A stretch of DNA of 64,000 nucleotides, from NCBI GenBank assembly GCA_035084275.1, contig CM068742.1, positions 154,194,001 to 154,258,000 on the forward strand, written 5' to 3'. The notes under the pieces are model-generated. The model worked only from the letters and a program-made list of their open reading frames with translations, was not told the DNA's origin and did no database searches. The translations under genes were made by a program, and so were the position numbers. The stretch comes from Hydrolagus colliei (taxonomy: Eukaryota). Numbering within the stretch: the stretch's first letter is position 1; each line of letters begins with the position of its first letter. Shown here in pieces: positions 45,711 to 57,642 of this stretch.

Positions 45711-47657
45711 TCGCCCTCGCCTCCTCTCTTCCCAGTTTCAGGTCTCAGCTAAAAGACCTTTCTCTTTGACCGCATCTTTGGTCACCTCTCTACCCCTGCC
45801 CCTGGCTTGGCCCTGGGTTCCTTTCTTGTGAAGTGCTCTGAGATGCCGTCTGGAAAATTTGTTCTTGTTATTGGTGGTGCGGGCAAGGTGGGGGATGTGA
45901 AGCAGTCTAGTGCCCGCCGAGTGGAAGGTGCGGGCAGGTTGGTAGGGAAGAGGTGGTTGCAGAGGTAAGTGGGGAGCGAGGCCATATAGGGCTTGATGGC
46001 GACGACAAGGATCTTGAACTGTATCCTCTGTGTGATGGGAAGCCAGTGGAATCGGGCAGGGTGGGGGTGATATGGTCATGAAGCCTGGTGAGGGAGAGGG
46101 CACGAGCTGCAGAGTTCTGGATGATCTGCAGCCTGTGGCGAGAGGAGTTGGGGGAGGCTGACAAGCAGGGATGTTATGAATGCATGTATGTCTCAAAGAC
46201 GTGATAAGGTGCCATATCAAATTATTATTATTTGTGGAGTCTGCAACCACTTCACCCCCTACTGACCTGACCCCCTACTCGCCTTATATGCGTGAGACGT
46301 GTGTTCGAATCCAGGCAAGTCAGGACAAAACATAAGAATTAGGAGCAGGAGGCCCTTCGAGCCTGCTCCGCCATTCAATAAGATCATGGCTGATCTTCTG
46401 ACCTAACTCTAATTACCTGCCCTATCCCCATATCCCCTAATCCCTCTATTTTTTTAAAAAAAACTATCAGTCTCAACCTTGAAAATGTTCAAGGTCTGAG
46501 CTCTACAGCCTTCTGAGGTACTGAACCTTGGGCAAGTTTCCTTACTCCACACGCCTAATAATAATCTGTCCCCAAAAAAATCCCACAATAATAAAATCGA
46601 TCATTTCAATCCACGACCGTTTGTGGGGACACTGCTGTGCGCATTTGGCTGCGCGATTCGCCCACAATTCACTTTACAGTATATTCCGTGAAGCGCTTTG
46701 GGACACAGTCTAGAAGATGTGATAAGGCACCATATGAAATTATTATTATACTATTATTTTCCATCTAAGATGCCGGGGGTTCTGTTTGTCACACAAGTGA
46801 ACAAAAACAACCATTTTACTCGCACGACCAATGAGCTGGAGTCACTCAGCGAGCCTCACTGTCTCCAGTGATTCATTTCATTATTTTACTTGCTGCAAAA
46901 TTCATTAATCTGCAGAATTCTGTGGCATCTCCGAAGACACATCCGCTAATATGTGGAACTCATTTAGCATATTTTGCAAAATGCAAAAGGGTGTAGCTCA
47001 GTGGTTAGAGCACTCGTCTTACAAGCGTGAGACCTGTGTTCAAATCCAGGCAGGTCAGGGCGAAACCTTGGGCAAGTTTACTTACTCCACACACACACAC
47101 ACACACTTAATAATAATCTCTCCAAAAAAAACATACAATAATAATAAATTGGTCATTTCAATCCACAGCTGATTGACTGTTTGTGGGGACGCTGCCATAC
47201 GCAATTGGCTGCCGAGTTTCGCCCACAGATATACAAATATACAGTCAATTCACTTTATTATATAGCTGGGCCATTGAGAGCGCTGTCTGGCCAAGCTTTC
47301 CCACAGTGTGTCCAGCTAGCACCACCTCATCCGTTAGGGCTTTGGCTGCAGGGTTAACACGGGAGCTTTGTGGGAGGATTCTGTGCCCCCAGTGACCGCT
47401 CCTCCGGGATGCTGTGGCTCAACAGGGAATTTCACTGTGATATTAAGCGGATCCTCTAAGCTGGTTACTTGCCTGTCGGTCTGTCTGTCTGCTCCATATC
47501 ACATTTGCTGAAACAAGCTGCTGGTATCACCTTGGTCAATGCCACACTGCTCTCTGTGTAAAATAATTCAATCTGAACAGTCTGTTCTGCTAACATTTTC
47601 TAGGGTATGTTTCGTCCACGTTACAAACGTATTAAGAGATACCCACATCCCTCAGTA

Positions 47658-47930
47658 CAGGTAGACCCCGCTTAATGTCGTAGTTTGGTTCTTGCAAAGT
47701 GCAACTTTAAGCGAAACAACGTTAAACGAACACATAAGAATTAATGTATCAACTGGAGTTAGGTTCTTTTGGACATTTTTCATCAAAATGTTCAATAAAA
47801 AAACATTATACTGACTGCCTGCCCAGCTCACTCACTCACTCCCTGACTGACTGCCCAGCTCACTCACTCACTCTCTGCCAGTCTCCCTGGCTGCCAGCCT
47901 GGCTCTCTCTCTCTCTCTCTCTGCCAGCCT

Positions 47931-47969
<39 letters not shown>

Positions 47970-48564
47970 AGCCTGGCTCTCTCTCTCTCTGCCAGCCTGG
48001 CTCTCTCTCTCTCTGCCAGCCTGGCTCTCTCTCTCTCTCTCTGCCAGCCTGGCTCTCTCTCTCTCTGCCAGCCTGGCTCTCTGTCTCTGCCAGCCTGGCT
48101 CTCTCTCTCTCTGCCAGCCTGGCTCTCTCTCTCTCTCTCTGCCAGCCTGGCTCTCTCTCTCTCTGCCAGCCTGGCTCTCTCTCTCTCTCTCTGCCAGCCT
48201 GGCTCTCTCTCTCTCTGCCAGCCTGGCTCTCTCTCTCTCGCTGCCAGCCTGGCTCTCTCTCTCTCTATCTGCCAGCCTGGCTCTCTCTCTCTCTCTGCCA
48301 GCCTGGCTCTCTCTCTCTCTGCCAGCCTGGCTCTCTCTCTCTCTCTGCCAGCCTGGCTCTCTCTCTCTCTGCCAGCCTGGCTCTCTCTCTCTCTCTGCCA
48401 GCCTGGCTCTCTGTCTCTGCCAGCCTGGCTCTCTCTCTCGCTGCCAGCCTGGCTCTCTCTCTCTCTCTCTCTCTCTCGCTGCCAGCCTGGCTCTCTCTCT
48501 CTCTGCCAGCTTGGCTCTCTCTCTCTCTGCCAGCCTGGCTCTCTCTCTCTCTCTGCCAGCCTGG

Positions 48565-48595
<31 letters not shown>

Positions 48596-48626
48596 AGCCT
48601 GGCTCTCTCTCTCTCTGCCAGCCTGG

Positions 48627-48657
<31 letters not shown>

Positions 48658-49117
48658 AGCCTGGCTCTCTCTCTCTCTGCCAGCCTGGCTCTCTCTCTCT
48701 CTCTCTCTGCCAGCCTGGCTCTCTCTCTCTCTGCCAGCCTGGCTCTCTCTCTCTCTCTCTGCCAGCCTGGCTCTCTCTCTCTCTCTCTGCCAGCCTGGCT
48801 CTCTCTCTCTCTCTCTGCCAGCCTGGCTCTCTCTCTCTGCCAGCCTGGCTCTCTGTCTCTGTCGCTGCCAGCCTGGCTTTCTCTCTCTCTGCCAGCCTGG
48901 CTCTCTCTCTCTCTGCCAGCCTGGCTCTCTCTCTCTCTGCCAGCCTGGCTCTCTCTCTCTCTGCCAGCCTGGCTCTCTCCCAGGTCCTATCACCATCGTT
49001 CCCCCTTCGAAAGACGTAATAGCGAACGTCACAATGTTAAATGAATATATCTTCCCAATGCATCAACGCAATAACGAAAGAACATTATCCGAGGCCACAT
49101 TAAACGGGGTCTACCTG
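47658..49117. mobile_element. Tc1/mariner (Tigger/pogo-like) non-autonomous element, copy 1, with an internal minisatellite
   Basis: TA|CAGGTAGACCCCGCTTAATG ... CATTAAACGGGGTCTACCTG|TA: ~20-bp TIR and TA TSD. Confidence 0.88.
47880..48980. repeat. Minisatellite [(CT)n GCCAGCCTGG]n; shorter arrays at ~50450-50720 and ~53850-54400
   Basis: Direct reading. Confidence 0.97.
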
Positions 49118-50217
49118 TATTACTACCGCAGTGTCACTATTGTAATACCGTCAGCGCGAAACCTTGGGCAAGTTTCCTTACTCCACACGCCTAATAATAA
49201 TCCCTCCAAAAAAACACACAATAATAAAAGAAATTGGTCATTTCAATCCACGGCTGTTTGTGGGGACGCTGCTGTGCACAGTTGGCTGCTGTGTTTCGCC
49301 CACAAAAATCCAGGCAAGTCAGGAGAAAACATAAGAATTAGGAGCAGGAGGCCCTTCGAGCCTGCTCCGCCATTCAATAAGATCATGGCTGATCTTCTGA
49401 CCTAACTCTAATTACCTGCCCTATCCCCATATCCCCTAATCCCTCTATTTGTTTAAAAAAACTATCAGTCTCAACGTGGAAAATGTTCAAGGTCTGAGCT
49501 CTACAGCCTTCTGAGGTACTGAACCTTGGGCAAGTTTCCTTACTCCACACGCCTAATAATAATCCGTCCCCAAAAAAATCCCACAATAATAAAATCGGTC
49601 ATTTCAATCCACGACCGTTTGTGGGGACACTGCTGTGCGCATTTGGCTGCGCGATTCGCCCACAATTCACTTTACAGTATATTCCGTGAAGTGCTTTGGG
49701 ACACAGTCTAGGTCATTTCAATCCACAGCTGATTGACTGTTTGTGGGGACGCTGCCATACGCAATTGGCTGCCGAGTTTCGCCCACAGATATACAAATAT
49801 ACAGTCAATTCACTTTATTATATAGCTGGGCCATTGAGAGCGCTGTCTGGCCAAGCTTTCCCACAGTGTGTCCAGCTAGCACCACCTCATCCGTTAGGGC
49901 TTTGGCTGCAGGGTTAACACGGGAGCTTTGTGGGAGGATTCTGTGCCCCCAGTGACCGCTCCTCCGGGATGCTGTGGCTCAACAGGGAATTTCACTGTGA
50001 TATTAAGCGGATCCTCTAAGCTGGTTACTTGCCTGTCGGTCTGTCTGTCTGCTCCATATCACATTTGCTGAAACAAGCTGCTGGTATCACCTTGGTCAAT
50101 GCCACACTGCTCTCTGTGTAAAATAATTCAATCTGAACAGTCTGTTCTGCTAACATTTTCTAGGGTATGTTTCGTCCACGTTACAAACGTATTAAGAGAT
50201 ACCCACATCCCTCAGTA

Positions 50218-50568
50218 CAGGTAGACCCCGCTTAATGTCGTAGTTTGGTTCTTGCAAAGTGCAACTTTAAGCGAAACAACGTTAAACGAACACATAGGAA
50301 TTAATGTATCAACTGGAGTTAGGTTCTTTTGGACATTTTTCATCAAAATGTTCAATAAAAAAACATTATACTGACTGCCTGCCCGGCTCACTCACTCACT
50401 CCCTGACTGACTGCCCAGCTCACTCACTCATTCTCTGCCAGTCTCCCTGGCTGCCAGCCTGGCTCTCTCTCTCTCTGCCAGCCTGGCTCTCTCTCTGTGC
50501 CAGCCTGGCTCTCTCTCTCTCTGCCAGCCTGGCTCTCTCTCTCTCTCTCTCTCTCTCGCTGCCAGCCT

Positions 50569-50605
<37 letters not shown>

Positions 50606-50857
50606 AGCCAGGCTCTCTCTCTCTGCCAACCTGGCTCTCTCTCTCTCTGCCAACCTGGCTCTCTCTCTCTCTCTCTGCCAGCCTGGCTCTCTCTCTCTCG
50701 CTGCCAGCCTGGCTCTCTCCCATGTCCTATCACCATCGTTCCCCCTTCGAAAGACGTAATAGCGAACGTCACAACGTTAAATGAATATATCTTCCCAATG
50801 CATCAACGCAATAACGAAAGAACATTATCCGAGGCCACATTAAACGGGGTCTACCTG
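50218..50857. mobile_element. Tigger-like element, copy 2 (same flanks as copy 1)
   Basis: Same TIRs and TA TSD; identical ctcag/tattactacc flanks. Confidence 0.88.
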
Positions 50858-53205
50858 TATTACTACCGCAGTGTCACTATTGTAATACCGTCAGCGCAAA
50901 ACCTTGGGCAAGTTTCCTTACTCCACACGCCTGATAATAATCCCTCCAAAAAAACACACAATAATAAAAAAAATTGGTAATTTCAATCCACGGCTGTTTG
51001 TGGGGACGCTGCTGTGCACAGTTGGCTGCTGTGTTTCGCCCACAAAAATATACAGCCAATTCATTGTGAAGCACTTTGAGACGTCTGCAGCTCATGTTCT
51101 CTCCTGTACCAGGCTTCACGACCACATCACTCCCACCCTCGCCTGTCTCCACTGGCTCCCCGTCCCCCAGAGGATCCTAGGTGTCAGGCTCGACCCCCAA
51201 CTGTCCTTCCTCCCCCACATACAGTCCCTCACTCACACCGCTTTCTTTCACCTCTGACGGATCGCCCGTTTGCCGCAATATCTCGCTCCAAAAGCTGCTG
51301 AAACCCTAGTCCTTTGTCACCTCTCGGCTGGACTATTCCAATGCCCTCCTCTCCGGTCTCCCCTCCACCACAATCCATAAAATCCAACTCATTCAAAACT
51401 CTGCCCCCCGCATTCTCACCCACACCAAACTTCGCTCCCCATTACCCCAGTCATGCCAGACTTCACTGGCTCCGTCCTGGAGGATCGATTTCAATATCCT
51501 CACCATTGTTTTCAAATCCCTCCATTCCTCTGCACACCCCCTAACTTTCTGATCTTCTTTTTCCTGAAACCAGCATCCGTTGCCTTCGCTCCACCGGGTC
51601 TGGTCTCCTCCATGTCCCCGAATCCTCCGCTCCACCCTCGGCGGCCATGCATTCACCCACTACTCCCCAAGGCCCTGAAACTCTCTTCCTCACTCCCTTC
51701 GCCCTCGCCCCCTCTATTCCCAGTTTCAGGTCTCAGTTAAAGACCTTTCTCTTTGACCGCATCTTTGGTCACCTCTCTACCCCTGCCCCTGGCTTGGCCC
51801 TGGGTTCCTTTCTTGTGAAGTGCTCTGAGATGCCGTCTGGTAATTTTGTTCTTGTTATTGGTGGTGCGGGCAAGGTGGGGGATGTGAAGCAGTCTAGTGC
51901 CCGCCGAGTGGAAGGTGCGGGCAGGTTGGTAGGGAAGAGGTGGTTGCAGAGGTAAGTGGGGAGCGAGGCCATATAGGGCTTGATGGCGACGACAAGGATC
52001 TTGAACTGTATCCTCTGTGTGATGGGAAGCCAGTGGAATCGGGCAGGGTGGGGGTGATATGGCCATGAAGCCTGGTGAGGGAGAGGGCACGAGCTGCAGA
52101 GTTCTGGATGATCTGCAGCCTGTGGCGAGAGGAGTTGGGGGAGGCTGACAAGCAGGGATGTTATGAATGCATGTATGTCTCAAAGACGTGATAAGGTGCC
52201 ATATCAAATTATTATTATTTGTGGAGTCTGCAACCACTTCACCCCCTACTGACCTGACCCCCTACTCGCCTTATATGCGTGAGACGTGTGTTCGAATCCA
52301 GGCAAGTCAGGACAAAACATAAGAATTAGGAGCAGGAGGCCCCTCGAGCCTGCCCCGCCATTCGATAAGATCATGGCTGATCTTCTGACCTAACTCTAAT
52401 TACCTGCCCTATCCCCATATCCCCTAATCCCTCTATTTTTTAAAAAAAACTATCAGTCTCAACGTGGAAAATGTTCAAGGTCTGAGCTCTACAGCCTTCT
52501 GAGGTACTGAACCTTGGGCAAGTTTCCTTACTCCACACGCCTAATAATAATCCGTCCCCAAAAAAATCCCACAATAATAAAATCGGTCATTTCAATCCAC
52601 GACCGTTTGTGGGGACACTGCTGTGCGCATTTGGCTGCGTGATTCGCCCACAATTCACTTTACAGTATATTCCGTGAAGTGCTTTGGGACACAGTCTAGG
52701 TCATTTCAATCCACAGCTGATTGACTGTTTGTGGGGACGCTGCCATATGCAATTGGCTGCCGAGTTTCGCCCACAGATATACAAATATACAGTCAATTCA
52801 CTTTATTATATAGCTGGGCCATTGAGAGCGCTGTCTGGCCAAGCTTTCCCACAGTGTGTCCAGCTAGCACCACCTCATCCGTTAGGGCTTTGGCTGCAGG
52901 GTTAACACGGGAGCTTTGTGGGAGGATTCTGTGCCCCCAGTGACCGCTCCTCCGGGATGCTGTGGCTCAACAGGGAATTTCACTGTGATATTAAGCGGAT
53001 CCTCTAAGCTGGTTACTTGCCTGTCGGTCTGTCTGTCTGCTCCATATCACATTTGCTGAAACAAGCTGCTGGTATCACCTTGGTCAATGCCACACTGCTC
53101 TCTGTGTAAAATAATTCAATCTGAACAGTCTGTTCTGCTAACATTTTCTAGGGTACGTTTCGTCCACGTTATAAACGTATTAAGAGATACCCACATCCCT
53201 CAGTA

Positions 53206-54538
53206 CAGGTAGACCCCGCTTAATGTCGTAGTTTGGTTCTTGCAAAGTGCAACTTTAAGCGAAACAACGTTAAACGAACACATAAGAATTAATCCATCCT
53301 CCAGAGGATCGAGTTCAAGATCCTCGTCCTCACCTACAAGGCCTTGCCCCGCCCTATTTAACCGATCTACTCTCCCCCTACACGACCACCCAGACCCTCC
53401 GTTCAACAGGACTTGGCCTGCTCCAAACCCCCGCCCGAACCGCCGCACCATCGGAGGCCGGGCCTTCAGTTTCTCCGCTCCCACCCTATGGAATGCCATC
53501 CCTCAATCCCTCCGTTTCGTTTCTTCCCTTTCCTCTTTCAAGGCCGGTTTGAAGACTTTCCTCTTCGATCATGCCTTTTGTTCCACCCCGAACTCTTTTA
53601 CCTCCCCTTCGTGTTTCACCCCTTCCCAAACACTCCCCTCCCAGCTCGGGTCACACGCCTCCTGTGCAGCGCCTTGGGACGTCCTCCCGACGTGAAAGGC
53701 GCTCTATAAATGTAATTTGTTGTTGTTGTTGTTGTAATGTATCAACTGGAGTTAGGTTCTTTTGGACATTTTTCATCAAAATGTTCAATAAAAAAACATT
53801 ATACTGACTGCCTGCCCGGCTCACTCACTCACTCTCTGCCGGTCTCCCTGGCTGCCAGCCTGGCTCTCTCTCTCTCTCTGCCAGCCTGGCTCTCTCTCTC
53901 TCTGCCAGCCTGGCTCTCTCTCTCTCTCTGCCAGCCTGGCTCTCTCTCTCTGCCAGTCTGGCTCTCTCTCTCTCTGACAGCCTGGCTCTCTCTCTCTCTG
54001 CCAGCCTGGCTCTCTCTCTCTCTGCCAGCCTGGCTCTCTCTCTCTCTGCCAGCCTGGCTCTCTCTCTCTCTGCCAGCCTGGCTCTCTCTCTCTCTGCCAG
54101 CCTGGCTCTCTCTCTCTCTGCCAGCCTGGCTCTCTCTCTCTCTGCCAGCCTGGCTCTCTGTCTCTCTCTCTGCCAGCCTGGCTCTCTGTCTCTCTCTCTG
54201 CCAGCCTGGCTCTCTGTCTCTCTCTCTGCCAGCCTGGCTCTCTCTCTCTCTGCCAGCCTGGCTCTCTGTCTCTCTCTCTGCCAGCCTGGCTCTCTGTCTC
54301 TCTCTCTGCCAGCCTGGCTCTCTCTCTCTCTGCCAGCCTGGCTCTCTCTCTCTCTCTCTGCCAGCCTGGCTCTCTCTCTCTCTGCCAGCCTGGCTCTCTC
54401 CCAGGTCCTATCACCATCGTGCCCCCTTCGAATGACGTAATAGCGAACGTCACAACGTTAAATGAATATATCTTCCCAATGCATCAACGCAATAACGAAA
54501 GAACATTATCCGAGGCCACATTAAACGGGGTCTACCTG
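53206..54538. mobile_element. Tigger-like element, copy 3, with a young L2 inserted at ~53295-53735
   Basis: Same TIRs; the L2 splits gaattaat|gtatcaac with an apparent aat duplication. Confidence 0.88.
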
Positions 54539-55367
54539 TATTACTACCGCAGTGTCACTATTGTAATACCGTCAGCGCGAAACCTTGGGCACGTTTCCTT
54601 ACTCCACACGCCTGATAATAATCCCTCCAAAAAAAAACACAATAATAAAAAAAATTGGTCATTTCAATCCACGGCTGTTTGTGGGGACGCTGCTGTGCAC
54701 AGTTGGCCGCTGCGTTTCGCCCACAAAAATATACAGCCAATTCATTGTGAAGCACTTTGAGACGTCTGCAGCTCGTGTTCTCTCCTGTACCAGGCTTCAC
54801 GACCACATCACTCCCACCCTCGCCTGTCTCCACTGGCTCCCCGTCCCCCAATTGAAGATCCTTGTCCTCACTTTCAAGGCCATTCACGGCCTTGCCCCCG
54901 CCAATCACTCTGACCCACTGTAGTCTCCCTATCAGCCTGTCCGCCCCCTCCATTCAGCAGATTCAGGCCTGCTCTGCGTCCACCGCCCTAACCCCCCAAC
55001 CATCAGGGGCTTTCATCCTCTCTGCTCCCACACTGTGCAACTCCATCCCCCAGCCGCTCCATCTCCTTCAAGGCTGGTCTCAAGACCTTCCTCTTCGACT
55101 GCGAATTCGGCTGCCCCACTAACTCTCCCCCCTTCCTTCCCCTTCCGCCTACCCTGACCCTCCCTCCCCCGCTCAGGTCCCGACCAGACTGTTCAGCGCT
55201 TTGGGACGTCCTCCCGACGTGAAAGACGCTATATAAGTGCAATTTTGGTGTTGTTGTTGTTGTCTGGTTAGACGTGAAAAGTGCTGTATCAAATGCCAGG
55301 ATTATCATCATCATCATTATTATTATTATCGGCATTGTTTAATCTGCCCAAAACGTCCCGAACTTAC

Positions 55368-55830
55368 CTAGACTGGTGGGTTTAATGAGCACATCCAGCA
55401 CGTCATAGAAAGGGATGCTCTTCAACTGGACGTCCGGGTGGACGGGGTGGATGGAGGTGGACGCCTCCTGCATCTCCACGCCGGGCTTGGTTTCGTGCAG
55501 CACCAGGGGGCTAACCAGAGGCGAGGAGGGCTGCGAGGTGGCGGAGGTAGAGGCCGAGGAGAGGGCGGTGCCAGAGCCTGACTCGGAGTCGGCGGGAGGG
55601 GTGGCGTCCAGAGGGAAGGCGGGGGACTTGAGGGCCGATACGTCGGCGAGGCTTTCAATAGTCCTGGGGAAACGCCGCCTGTACAGTCCTTGATCTTGAT
55701 CTGAACGGCCGGGCTGCATCCACTCTTTAGTAAGTACAAAGCTCGCACCAGGAGTTCATGTTTGCGCCCGCTCTTGTTACGTCCGGCAAATCCCAACAGC
55801 ACCTGAAGTTCCGAGACGCGAAAACTCGAA
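55368..55830 (-). CDS. PIAS2: PIAS2 exon 2 (SAP domain/LxxLL to PINIT start); 5' end lies in the gap; 1-nt deletion at ~55684-55688
   Basis: [47 protein letters not shown], shift, [20 protein letters not shown]...[26 protein letters not shown]|gtaagt. Confidence 0.93.
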
Positions 55831-56022
55831 NNNNNNNNNNNNNNNNNNNNNNNNNNNNNNNNNNNNNNNNNNNNNNNNNNNNNNNNNNNNNNNNNNNNNN
55901 NNNNNNNNNNNNNNNNNNNNNNNNNNNNNNNNNNNNNNNNNNNNNNNNNNNNNNNNNNNNNNNNNNNNNNNNNNNNNNNNNNNNNNNNNNNNNNNNNNNN
56001 NNNNNNNNNNNNNNNNNNNNNN
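55831..56022. other. Assembly gap (~192 N)
   Basis: Run of N. Confidence 1.
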
Positions 56023-56361
56023 AGAGAGACAGAGAAAATTCAGATCTGAACAGTCATCACCTATTCAGTGCTATGAAGCACAACACCAACAAATTACACT
56101 TGTATAGCGCCTTTCATGTCAGGAGGACGTCCCAAGGCGCTGGGGACTTGTTGGACACGGAACGGACATTTTAGAGACCAATATGGAGGGGGCAGTTTGT
56201 GGTGGGTGATTGGACGGGATAAGCGGGAGGGATGGCAGGGAGGGAGGGGAGTACGGTGGACTTTGTGGCAGGGGATGGGGCAATCAGCGTGGATGCTATC
56301 TAGACAACAACGTATATAGTCTCAGAGCGCTTAATACACACATCCGCAGCAACTTGCAGAG

Positions 56362-56653
56362 CTCCTGTAGCTCAGTGGTTAGATCACTCGCCTTACAAGC
56401 ATGAGACCTGTATTCGAATCCAAGCAGGTCAGGGCGAAACACACACATGCCTAATAATAATCCCTCCCCCCAATAATAAAATTGGTAATTTCAATCCACG
56501 ACTGTTTGTGGGGATGCTGCTGTGCGCAATTCGCTGCCACATTTCTCTCACAAATATAGTCAATTCACTTTACAGTATATTCTGTGAAGTGCTTTGAGAC
56601 ATCAGGAAGACATGAAAAGCACTATATCAAAATGCAAGGATTACTATTATTAT
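56362..56653 (+). mobile_element. Full-length tRNA-derived SINE
   Basis: ctcctgtagctcagtggttagatcactcgccttacaag head through to the ttattat tail. Confidence 0.85.
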
Positions 56654-56689
56654 AACTTACATTTACATAATACTCTTTATGTAGGATAA

Positions 56690-57642
56690 GAGAGCACTAT
56701 TGCCAAATTTGCAGATGATACAAAGTTAGGTAGGGTAGTAAATAGTGAGGAGGACTGTAACCAACTGCAAGCAGACATACACAGATTGGTGGAATGGGCT
56801 GACATGTGGCAGATGGATTTTAATGTGGATAAGTGTGAGGTGATACATTTAGGTAGGAAAAATGAAAGGAGGCAATATAGACTCGGTAGCTCAATCTTAA
56901 GGGGGGGTGAACGTACAGAGAGATCTGGGTGATCAAGTACCGGTAAGCGAATCATTAAAGGTAGCAGGGCAGGTAGAAAAGGCAGTAATCAAGGCATTTG
57001 GTGTACTGAGCATATTAGTAGGGGCAAAGAGTATAAGAGTAGGGAGGTTATGGTTAATCTATACAAAACACTGGTTAGGCCTCATCTTGAGTACTGCGTC
57101 CAGTTCTGGGCACCTTACTTCAGGAAGGACATTAAGGCACTGGAAAGGGTGCAGAGGAGATTCACGAGAATGATACCAGGACATGAGGTATGAGCTATGA
57201 CATGAGCTATGAGGACAGGCTGGAGAAGTTAGGACGTTTCCCATTAGAGCAGAGAAGGTTACGTGGGGACCTGATAGAGGTCTTCAAGATCATGAAAGGT
57301 TGCGACAGCTAGATAGGGAAAAGCCGTTTCCGCTGGTGGGTGTGTCTGTGACCCGTGGTCACAGTCTTAAGATATCTACCAAAAGAAGCAGAGGGGAGGT
57401 TAGAATAATTTTTTTTACTCAGCGAGTTATTCGAATTTGGAATGAAAGGGTAGTGAGGTCCGATTCGATAGCAGCTTTTAAGAGAGAACTAGATAGGTAT
57501 CTGGGGAAGACGGGTTGGCAGGGTTATGGGGAGAAAGCTGGTGATTGGGGTTAATGAAAGTGACTTGCTCGGTCACAGAGCCGGCACAGACTCGATGGGT
57601 CGAATGGACTCCTTCTGTGCCGGAACATTCTATGATTCTATG
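56690..57642 (+). mobile_element. CR1 LINE 3' fragment
   Basis: [26 protein letters not shown]; attctatgattctatga tail. Confidence 0.92.

Noticed and set aside
47880-48980. Regular repeat with variable spacers, superficially CRISPR-like
   Set aside because: The spacers are only (CT)n runs, there are no cas genes, and the context is eukaryotic.
47744-49405. 553-aa ORF and its antisense 255-aa ORF
   Set aside because: These are translations of the (CT)n-GCCAGCCTGG minisatellite; low complexity with no domain.
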